A stretch of DNA of 64,000 nt from Candidatus Methylomirabilota bacterium (GTDB taxonomy: Bacteria; Methylomirabilota; Methylomirabilia; Rokubacteriales; CSP1-6). This document shows positions 35,729-44,835 of the stretch, in pieces (position 1 is the stretch's first letter; each line of letters starts with the position of its first letter). The notes under the pieces were generated by a model. The model did no database searches. It saw nothing but the letters and a program-made list of their open reading frames with translations, and was not told where the DNA came from. The position numbers and the translations under genes are program-made. The stretch is from contig DATAOC010000019.1 of assembly GCA_036265915.1 (NCBI GenBank), positions 37,006 through 101,005 of the forward strand, in the 5' to 3' direction.

Positions 35729-35769
35729 GTGAGCTCACCGGTTCGCGCCTCATCTGAGATGATACCGAC

Positions 35770-36078
35770 GTGACTATAGCGCCCTTACCGGCCGACATCG
35801 AAGCCGGTGTTCGTGACATCCTGGTCAGCGAGTTTGGTGCGGATGCCGCGCTTCTGTCCGCTGACGGCCGCGCCACGCCGCTTCTCGGGCGTGGCGTGGG
35901 GCTCGACTCCATCGAGGCGCTCGCCCTGGCGACGGCGCTGGAATCGGCATTCGACGTGCAGATCGACGACGAAGAGCTGACGGTGGCGCTGTTCGCCACG
36001 CTGGGGACGGTGGTGGACTTCGTCGAGCGCAAGCAGCGAGACCGTGGTGAATCGTCACCGGGCGGGCGCTCGACGTGA
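35770..36078 (+). CDS. Acyl carrier protein (stand-alone, dedicated)
   Basis: The phosphopantetheine attachment motif is LGLDSIEAL, in a 4-helix-sized 102-aa product. It starts at GTG, and its stop overlaps the ligase start (GTGA). Confidence 0.8.
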   Translation: MTIAPLPADIEAGVRDILVSEFGADAALLSADGRATPLLGRGVGLDSIEALALATALESAFDVQIDDEELTVALFATLGTVVDFVERKQRDRGESSPGGRST

Positions 36079-37577
36079 CGCTCGCGGATATGTTCGCGTC
36101 GGTGGTCCGGGCACACGGTCCGCGTCCGGCCATCGTGGAGTCGGGCGAGACCATGACGTATGCCGCGCTCGACGAGCGCGTCCGGCATCTCGCCGGAGCA
36201 CTGGAGGCAATCGGGGTCAAACCGGGTCACAGCGTGGCGCTGATCCTGCCGAACGGCGCCAGCTTTGTCGTCGCATACTTCGCGAGCCTCGCCGTCGGCG
36301 GCGTCGTGGTCCCGGTCAACGATGCGTACGCGGAGCGGGAACAGGTCCGCCTGCTCCGCGAGACCGGCGCCGGCTGTGTGATCGGCTCGCCCGACCGCGA
36401 GCCCGAGCTGCGCAGCATGCTGAGCACGCTCGATGGATCCGTGAAGCTGCTCGTGCTCGGTCACGCCGGGGTTGTGGCGCACGCGCGGTCGTCGCCGGCG
36501 CCCTCGCCGGGCGGCCTGGCACACGGCGACGCCGCCGCGATGTATCAGTTCTCTTCGGGGTCCACCGGACGGCCCAAGCGCATCGCACGGACGCACGAAC
36601 AGCTCCTTGCCGAGCTCACGGCACTCACCCGCGCCCTGGCGCTCTCGTCGGTCGATCGGTTTCTGGGCGCGGCGCCATTCTCGCACGTCAACGGACTCGT
36701 CCGGACCATGCTGTCCAGCATTCACGCGGGAGGCACGCTCTATCCGGTCGCGAAGTTCGACCGGCACGCCGTCGCCCGGCTGATCGAGGAGCACCGGCTG
36801 TCCGTCTTCATCGCAGTGCCGTTCATGTTCGCCATGCTCGCCCGATCGAACGTTCGCCGCATGCCGGATCTGTCCTCGCTGCGGCTCTGCATCTCGGCCA
36901 GCGCGCCGTTTCCGCTCGCTCTGAATGCCGCGTTCCGGGAGCGGTTCGGGATGCACGTTCGGCAGCTGTACGGCTCGACGGAGACGGGCAGCATCAGCGC
37001 CAATCTTTGTGCCGACGTCTCGCAATCTCTCGATGCTGTCGGAACTCCACTGCCGGGCGTCGACGTGCGCGTCCGCGCCGTGGACGGCTCGGAGGCAGGT
37101 CCGGACGAGGTAGGGGAAATCGCCGTCAAGAGTCCGTTCGCGATCACCGCGTACGATGACGCGTCCGCTTCCGGCGGCGACGAGGTCTTTCGCGACGGCT
37201 ACTTCATGACCGGCGACCTCGGCCGGATGGACGCCGAGGGCCGACTCTACCTTGTCGGGCGGACGAAGCTTCTCATCAATCGGGGCGGCTACAAGGTCAA
37301 CCCCCGAGAAGTCGAGGAGGTGCTCGAGAGCCATCCGAACGTCAACGAAGCGGTCGTTCTGGGCATGCCGACAGCGTATGGCGACGAGCGAATCCGCGCG
37401 GTCGTCGTCCCCCGCGGGCCGTGTACCGAGCTCGAGCTGGTCGAGTATTGCCGGCTGAGGATCGCCGCCTTCAAGGTGCCGAGCACCATCGAGCTTCGCG
37501 ACACGCTGCCCAGGAGCGCCGCCGGGAAGGTCCGGCGCGATCTCCTGCGACAGTCGCCGGGCCGATGCGCCTGCTGA
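36075..37577 (+). CDS. AMP-dependent synthetase/ligase (fatty acyl-AMP/ACP ligase-like)
   Basis: Adenylation core motifs are present: SSGSTGRPKR, YGSTETG, GDLGRMDAEGRLYLVGR and GGYKV. Confidence 0.9.
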   Translation: MTLADMFASVVRAHGPRPAIVESGETMTYAALDERVRHLAGALEAIGVKPGHSVALILPNGASFVVAYFASLAVGGVVVPVNDAYAEREQVRLLRETGAGCVIGSPDREPELRSMLSTLDGSVKLLVLGHAGVVAHARSSPAPSPGGLAHGDAAAMYQFSSGSTGRPKRIARTHEQLLAELTALTRALALSSVDRFLGAAPFSHVNGLVRTMLSSIHAGGTLYPVAKFDRHAVARLIEEHRLSVFIAVPFMFAMLARSNVRRMPDLSSLRLCISASAPFPLALNAAFRERFGMHVRQLYGSTETGSISANLCADVSQSLDAVGTPLPGVDVRVRAVDGSEAGPDEVGEIAVKSPFAITAYDDASASGGDEVFRDGYFMTGDLGRMDAEGRLYLVGRTKLLINRGGYKVNPREVEEVLESHPNVNEAVVLGMPTAYGDERIRAVVVPRGPCTELELVEYCRLRIAAFKVPSTIELRDTLPRSAAGKVRRDLLRQSPGRCAC

Positions 37578-38551
37578 CCGCCACCGATCTGTACATCGGC
37601 GGCGTGCTGATCTTCATGGAGATCGCCGGCCTCGGCCGTTGGCGGCGGGTCACGGCCTTCGCGTCGATGGCGATCGGCACGGTGGCGTATGCGGTCTCGG
37701 CGCGGAAGCGACGACTGAGCGATGACGGTATCGCGCACGCGATGGGGCAGACGCTGTCGCCCCGCGAGCGCCGCGCAGTGGTGAAGGCGGCGTTTCGCCA
37801 CTTCTGGCGCGAGGTGTTCTCGCTGGTCGGCTCGGCGTCGCACGACGGCATCGCGGCCGCGGCCGGCGTGCGGGGATTACCGCGGCTGACAGCGGCCATG
37901 CGCGCCGGGCGGGGCGTCATCCTCTGGGAGAGCAGCTACTTCGGGAACCGGCTCATGGCCAAGCGGATCTTGAAGCATCACGGCATCGCTGTGCACCAGG
38001 TGCACGCCGAGAGTCACCTCGGCGGGTTTCACGTCGGACGCCACCGGACCTCGATCCTGCGACGCCGCGTGTTGCGTCCCCGGTTCGAGCGGCATGAGCT
38101 CCGGTCGCTGGCGGCCATCATTCACGTGCCGGACGAGCATTCACTCGGCTTCACCCGCGCCCTGCATCGCACGCTGCAAGCCGGTGCGGTGTTGTGTGTG
38201 TCGAGCGACGGCCCTCTCGGACAGAAGTTCGTGAGCGCGCCCTTTCTCGGCCGTCGGCGGCCATTCGCGACGGGCGTCGTGAGTCTCGCCCGGCTGTCGG
38301 GATGCACGCTGCTTCCAGTGTTCTGCTTCGAGGCGTCGGACGGGCGGCCATGTCTGGTGATCGAGGAGCCGCTGACGATCGACGCCGAGCAGGACCGCGA
38401 CCCTGCGATCGCGGACGTCGTGGCCCGTTACGCCCGGCTGCTGGAGTCCTACGTCCGCCGTCATCCTGGCCAGTATCGCAACTGGCACTCCCTCGGCGGA
38501 CACACCGCCGCCGCGCCGTCCGGAGTGAGCGCAAGGTCCTTCAGTGTTTAG
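37565..38551 (+). CDS. Lysophospholipid/lipid A acyltransferase family protein (LpxL/HtrB-like)
   Basis: ATG 37565 overlaps the ligase end by 13 nt. It has an N-terminal TM segment. Length and the FRHFWREVFSL...VILWESSYFGN...FATGVVSLARLSGCTLLPVF pattern are typical of lauroyl-acyltransferase-type enzymes. Confidence 0.75.
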   Translation: MRLLTATDLYIGGVLIFMEIAGLGRWRRVTAFASMAIGTVAYAVSARKRRLSDDGIAHAMGQTLSPRERRAVVKAAFRHFWREVFSLVGSASHDGIAAAAGVRGLPRLTAAMRAGRGVILWESSYFGNRLMAKRILKHHGIAVHQVHAESHLGGFHVGRHRTSILRRRVLRPRFERHELRSLAAIIHVPDEHSLGFTRALHRTLQAGAVLCVSSDGPLGQKFVSAPFLGRRRPFATGVVSLARLSGCTLLPVFCFEASDGRPCLVIEEPLTIDAEQDRDPAIADVVARYARLLESYVRRHPGQYRNWHSLGGHTAAAPSGVSARSFSV

Positions 38552-38553
38552 CG

Positions 38554-38581
38554 TATGTGGGTATCTGTGGATATGTGGATA
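38554..38581 (+). repeat. Three direct TGTGG(G/A)TA repeats in an AT-rich islet
   Basis: TGTGGGTA is at 38556, and TGTGGATA at 38566 and 38574. They are followed by a T5 run and TTGACA (38591-38596). The local GC drop contrasts sharply with the surrounding sequence. Confidence 0.7.
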
Positions 38582-38602
38582 TTTTTGCAGTTGACATCGG
38601 AA

Positions 38603-38624
38603 GGACGTTGAAGAGACAACGTCC
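38603..38624 (+). promoter_or_regulatory. Perfect 8-bp stem-loop immediately upstream of a small ORF
   Basis: GGACGTTG, an AAGAGA loop, then CAACGTCC. The 5' arm overlaps an AAGGA SD-like motif. The hairpin ends 3 nt before ATG 38628. Confidence 0.45.
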
Positions 38625-38627
38625 GCA

Positions 38628-38786
38628 ATGGAGCGCAAGCAGTTACTGTCAGCCACCGGGTACCTGTGCAGCGCCGTCGACGAGCTGCGCGGCACGGGGC
38701 TGCTCGACCTCGCCGACGACGTCGAAAAGCTCATCACGATCTTGCAGCTAGAGCTGCTGCTTCGCGTCGACGACGCTCGAGCGTAG
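38628..38786 (+). CDS. Unannotated small ORF (52 aa, predicted helical, acidic)
   Basis: It is below the track's apparent size range (smallest listed ORFs are 60 aa). My translation is MERKQLLSATGYLCSAVDELRGTGLLDLADDVEKLITILQLELLLRVDDARA. By hand count about 85% of third positions are G/C, like genuine genes here. Confidence 0.45.
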   Translation: MERKQLLSATGYLCSAVDELRGTGLLDLADDVEKLITILQLELLLRVDDARA

Positions 38787-38829
38787 CGGCCACTTCGTAC
38801 GCTGGCGAGCCGGCGCCCGGCGCGCTATC

Positions 38830-39219
38830 TCATCGCTCCGGCTGCGAGCGCGAGGCATCGATGTAGCGCTGCGCGGCCTCCATCGCGCCCGTCATCACCT
38901 CGCGCTGGTCCGACGCCGTCGCCGCGTAGTGCACGTTGATGCCCGGGAGCGCTTCGGGGCGACGATCGGGCGGCCATACCTGCACGGCCGCATGCCAGCG
39001 GTTGGCCGCGTAGTCGAAGGTCGGGGTAATCCGGATCATCCAGGCCTGGTATTCGCTCATGACGGCACGGGCGGGAGCGACGCGCCGCGCCGGCCCGGAG
39101 CAGGCGGCGCCTGCGAGCAGCAGGAGCGCGATCAGGCCGGTGGCCGAGCCGAGCATGCGGAGCCCGCCGCCACTCCGGGCGCGGGGCGTGGTCGATCGGA
39201 TTGCTCGATTGAATCTCAT
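38830..39219 (-). CDS. Hypothetical lipoprotein
   Basis: ATG 39219 is preceded by AGGAGA. The lipobox-like signal is LLLLAGAAC. I recognise no family. Confidence 0.6.
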   Translation of the reverse strand: MRFNRAIRSTTPRARSGGGLRMLGSATGLIALLLLAGAACSGPARRVAPARAVMSEYQAWMIRITPTFDYAANRWHAAVQVWPPDRRPEALPGINVHYAATASDQREVMTGAMEAAQRYIDASRSQPER

Positions 39220-39354
39220 GGATTCTCCTGGATCTCCTCGTCCATGGTCTTTCCGCGACGAAACGTTACGACGAGCAAATAATATCGAGGACGTCGCGGT
39301 CGTGTACAGGAGCGCGGCGGCTTCTCGTACGCGCTGCTCGCGACGGCGAGACGC

Positions 39355-40745
<1,391 letters not shown>

Positions 40746-40749
<4 letters not shown>

Positions 40750-41909
40750 GCCGGGTCGGAGACCGCCGTCGTCACCGGCTTTCGTCCGAGGATCTCGTAG
40801 AGCACGGTCCGCTTCTTGAGGCCCTTGAGGCGGGGGGTGCCCAGCTCGCGATAGGTCACCGAGTCGCATACCTGGCCGAACGTCTCCTCGCCCGCGATGA
40901 TATGCGCGCCGAACAGCCGTGTCATGCGCTGGATGCGGGCGGCGGCGATCATCGGACGGCCGACCACGATGAGCTCGCGGCGGCGCTCGGAGCCGATGGT
41001 GCCCGCCATGACGCGGCCCGAGCTGAGCCCGATGCCGATGTCGAAGGTCGGCAGCCCCGCCGCCGTCCAGCTGCGCGCGAGGTCGCGCATGCCGTCGATC
41101 ATGTCGACGGCGGCGGCCACCGCGCGGACCGCGGCGTCCTCGGGGCCTTCGGGCACGCCGAACAGCGCGACGATCTCGTCGCCGATGAGCTGCTCCACGG
41201 TGCCGCCGTGGCCGAAGATGATCTCGATCATCCGGTTGAAGTACTCGTCGAGCAGCCGGATCATCACGGGCGCCCGCGTCGTCTCGATCAGGCGCGTGAA
41301 CCCGCGAATGTCGGCGAAGAGAACGGTGGCCTGCCGCCACTCACCGGGGAGCTGCAGCAGCGCGGGGTTGGCGACGGCCATGTCCACGAGACGAGGAGAG
41401 ACGTAGCGCTGCAGCTGGGCGCGGACGGAGGCCTCGCGCACGACGTCGTGCTGGGCCGCGCGGAGCTCGGCCAGCGCGGCCTCGAGGTCGGCGTTCTTGC
41501 GCGCGAGGTCGCGGAGCAGCCGCTCGCGCTCCTCGCCGAGACGGTGCCGCTGCACGCCCTGTCCGACCACGTGCCGCAGCTCTTTGGGATCCCACGGCTT
41601 CAGCAGGAAGTGATAGATGTTCGCCGCGTTGATCGAGGCCATGAGCGCCTCGGCGTCCGTGAACGCCGTCAGCAGGATGCGCACCGCCTCCGGCGCGATT
41701 TCGAGGCTGCGCGACAGCAGCTCGGTGCCCAGCATGCCCGGCATGCGCTGGTCGCTGATGATGACGGCGACGGGCTCGCGGGCCAGCAGCGCGAGCGCCT
41801 CGGGTGGACGCTCGGCGCGTAGGACGCGGTAGTCCATGCCGAGCAGCGCCTCCAACGAGTCGAGCACGCGCGGCTCGTCGTCCACGAGGAGGATCGTCGC
41901 TTCGCTCAT
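40746..41909 (-). CDS. Response-regulator receiver fused to class III adenylate/guanylate cyclase
   Basis: The REC domain is present (ILLVDDE, VIISDQRMPGMLG). The cyclase homology domain has metal-Asp contexts (TVLFADIRGFT, IGDEIVALFG). ATGA overlaps the kinase stop. Confidence 0.88.
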
Positions 41910-44146
41910 GGCCCTCGGCGCGCCAGGGGCAGGCGCACGGTGAAGGCGGCGCCACCGCCGGGCGGGCTTTCCGCGATGATCTCGCCGCCGTGCCTCTTCA
42001 CGATCTCGTAGCTGATCGACAGCCCGAGCCCGGTGCCCTCGCCGACGGGCTTGGTGGTGAAGAACGGATCGAAGACGCGGCTCATCACGTCGGGGGGGAT
42101 GCCGGGGCCGGTATCGCGAACGGTGACGACCGCGCGCTCGCCTTCGAGCCGCGTTTCGACCGTGATGGCGCCCGGGCCCACGATGGCCTGTGCGGCGTTG
42201 GCGAGCAGGTTCAGGAAAACCTGGTCGATCTGCGAGCGCACGCACTCGACCGACGGAAGCCGGCTGAAGACCCGGTTCACGGCCACGCGATCCTTGAGGA
42301 GATGGTTGACGAGGGTCAGGCTCGACTCGAGCTCTTCGTGCAGATCGACGGCCTGCCACACGTCGGCGTCGGTCCGCGCGAAGACGCGCAGGTCGCGCAC
42401 GATCTTGCGGGCGCGCTCGGCGCCCTCCCGGATGCCGTCGATCATGGAGTCGAGGTACTTGAGCGCGTAGTCGACCTTCAGCTCCTTCCAGCGCTCGTCG
42501 ATCCGTGCCTGCTCGGCGTCCGGGAGCGGGACGGCGCGGTAGACGTCGACCATGGTCCGGAGGCGCTTGACGAAGTCGTCGAGCGTGCCGACGTTCGAGT
42601 AGACGAAGCCGATCGGGTTGTTCAGCTCGTGGGCGACGCCGGCCACCAGCTGCCCCACCGAGGCCATCTTCTCGCGCTGGACGAGCTGCACCTGGGTGGC
42701 CTGCAGATCGCGGTACGCCGCCTGCAACTCCTCGTTGGCGGCGCGCAGCTGCTCGGTTCTCACGCGAACCTTGTCCTCGAGCCCGCGCGTGAGCTCCTCG
42801 ATCATCTGGAAGCTCTCCGCGCGGTCCACCGCCAGCGCCACGTGGTTGGCCACGGCCGTCATCAGCTCGACGTCGCCAGTGGCGAACCGGTGCGGCTGGC
42901 TCGAGGCCACCGTGAGCACGCCGAACACGCGGTCCTTCACGCGCAGCGGTACCGCGACGAACGACCGCACGCCGAGCGCGCGCGCGGACGCCAGGTGGAT
43001 CGGCGTGGCGCTCGTCTCCACCTCCTCGACGAGCAGCGGCAGACCGGTGGACGCGACGTGGCCGACCCCGCTCGTGCTCGCGTCGAGCGGGAGCTCGAGC
43101 GTCGCCAGCTGGTGGCTGGCGTGACCGGCGCTCTGGTGAGCGCGGACGACGTCGTGCTCGTGATCGACCACATAGAGCCGGGCCGCCTCGTACGCCATCC
43201 GGTGCACGAGCTGCTGCACGGCGAGCTCGTAGATCTTCTGCGAATCGAGGGTGGCGTTCACGGCGGCGCTGAGATCGATCAGCAGCGACAGCTGCTCGAT
43301 CTTCGTCTCCAGGTCGCGGAACTTCGTCTCCAGCTCGTTGTTCGAGTAGATGATCTCCTCGGACTGCAGATCCAGCAGGCGCTGCGTGTCGCGGCGCCGC
43401 GTGCGCTCGCGCCACATGGCGCCGAGCCCGGCGCCCGCGACGAGCGGGGCCACCGCGGCCAGCGCGTGCGCGGGCCACGACACACCGGGCGTTGCCGCCA
43501 GCGCCGTCGCCACCACGGTGGCGGCGCCGCCGCCGACGAGCGTGGCGCTCCAGAAGGCGCGGCCGAGCGGCGGATTCGTCCAGCGCACGTCGACCACGCA
43601 GGCGTCGGCGCCGCGGGCCGCGCACTGCGGCTCGGCGACGGTGGCGGGTGGAAGCCCCCACACCGTCGGTGCGCGCTCGAAGCCGACCTTGATCTGCGTG
43701 CAGGCCCAGCGCGGCACGGCGGCGCCCGTCGCGTGGCTCCAGCGAAAGCGCGCCTGCCGGCGGCCGATGTCGACGAGCTCGAATTTCAGGAAGGCCAGGT
43801 TCTGGCCCCAGATCGTCTTGCAGCGCTCGAAGTACCGCCGCGGCTCACCGAGCCCGATGGAGTAGGTGCCGAGATAGTGGCGGTCCGCGCGCGACGGTCG
43901 CCACTCCATCAGGTACTCGCCGAAGCGTCGTCCCCAGCGGTCCTCGTCGGTCTCACCCATCAGCTGCATGGCGAGATGGACGAGCTCGTTGGCGAGCGGC
44001 AGCGGCAGCCAGTTGTGATCGGCGACGAGATAGTCCCGAGAGCGTCCGGCGGTACGGAGCACCGCCGCCACGCCCTCGGGGCCGACCTCGTTCTCCACGA
44101 AGGGGATGAGGACCTTCGTGAAGATGCCGTTGACGTCTCCCGGCAT
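41906..44146 (-). CDS. Hybrid-architecture sensor histidine kinase (novel N-terminal domain, 2 TM, coiled coil, GAF, HisKA, HATPase_c)
   Basis: It has the H-box VAGVAHELNNPIG and ATPase boxes (FLNLLANAAQAI, DTGPGI, GTGLGL). A GAF-like region runs LYVVDHE...VAVPLRVKDRVFGVL. The first ~190 aa form a cytoplasmic domain I cannot place. Confidence 0.88.
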   Translation of the reverse strand: MPGDVNGIFTKVLIPFVENEVGPEGVAAVLRTAGRSRDYLVADHNWLPLPLANELVHLAMQLMGETDEDRWGRRFGEYLMEWRPSRADRHYLGTYSIGLGEPRRYFERCKTIWGQNLAFLKFELVDIGRRQARFRWSHATGAAVPRWACTQIKVGFERAPTVWGLPPATVAEPQCAARGADACVVDVRWTNPPLGRAFWSATLVGGGAATVVATALAATPGVSWPAHALAAVAPLVAGAGLGAMWRERTRRRDTQRLLDLQSEEIIYSNNELETKFRDLETKIEQLSLLIDLSAAVNATLDSQKIYELAVQQLVHRMAYEAARLYVVDHEHDVVRAHQSAGHASHQLATLELPLDASTSGVGHVASTGLPLLVEEVETSATPIHLASARALGVRSFVAVPLRVKDRVFGVLTVASSQPHRFATGDVELMTAVANHVALAVDRAESFQMIEELTRGLEDKVRVRTEQLRAANEELQAAYRDLQATQVQLVQREKMASVGQLVAGVAHELNNPIGFVYSNVGTLDDFVKRLRTMVDVYRAVPLPDAEQARIDERWKELKVDYALKYLDSMIDGIREGAERARKIVRDLRVFARTDADVWQAVDLHEELESSLTLVNHLLKDRVAVNRVFSRLPSVECVRSQIDQVFLNLLANAAQAIVGPGAITVETRLEGERAVVTVRDTGPGIPPDVMSRVFDPFFTTKPVGEGTGLGLSISYEIVKRHGGEIIAESPPGGGAAFTVRLPLARRGP

Positions 44147-44150
44147 CGCC

Positions 44151-44714
44151 TCAGCGCGGCTTGAAGACCAGCGTCGACACGATGTTCACGGGGCTCGCCA
44201 GCGTGTCGCGGACCGGCGACTTGCGGTCGATCGTCTCCTTCACCTTCCGGATCTTGTCCTCCGGCGCAGGACTCTGGATTGTCACGGTGTACCGGATGTC
44301 GGTCACGCCGTTGCGAACCGACTTGTCGTGACCCAGCATGCCCCGCGCGTCCACGTCGGCTTCGAGGTCGATGTCGATCGCATCGATGGGCACGCCGAAC
44401 ATCTGCGCGTTGGTCGCGATCCCCGCCGTCACGCAGCCGGCCAGGGCCGACAGCAAGACCTCCACGGGGTTCGGCGCGCCGTCGACCCCGCCGAGCTCCG
44501 GCGGCTCGTCAACCATGACCGTGAACCGGCGCGGCGCCGGCGACATGCTGTGGCCGCCCGCCGTCCACGCGTTGACCGAGACCTGGCTCTTCGTGCCCCG
44601 CTGCCAGGTCGACTTCGCCTTGAACTGACACTTGCCCATCGCAGGATTCTCGCGGATCACCTTGTCGACGGCCATGATGCCGTCCAGATTCACGTCGTTG
44701 AGTCGATCTGCCAT
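44151..44714 (-). CDS. OsmC/Ohr-family protein
   Basis: ATG 44714 is preceded by AAGGAGG. NPVEVLLSALAGCVTAG and C-terminal VRDTL motifs are typical of the OsmC fold. It ends 4 nt before the kinase start. Confidence 0.8.
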   Translation of the reverse strand: MADRLNDVNLDGIMAVDKVIRENPAMGKCQFKAKSTWQRGTKSQVSVNAWTAGGHSMSPAPRRFTVMVDEPPELGGVDGAPNPVEVLLSALAGCVTAGIATNAQMFGVPIDAIDIDLEADVDARGMLGHDKSVRNGVTDIRYTVTIQSPAPEDKIRKVKETIDRKSPVRDTLASPVNIVSTLVFKPR

Positions 44715-44835
44715 GTCTGCCTCCTTGGCCGCCCGTGCGGCCGCCTGTTCACAGTAGCGGAGCGACGAGCGCGGCGGCGCGCGGCGCTCCATTTTGTCCC
44801 TCGGCGTCCGGATAGCGCGCACGCATGATCGCCCG

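Noticed and set aside
38566-38590. TGGATATTTTTGCA as a possible sigma-54 promoter in the AT-rich islet
   Set aside because: The GG to GC spacing is 8 nt rather than the required 10, and 16 nt from the earlier TGG. It therefore does not fit the -24/-12 geometry.
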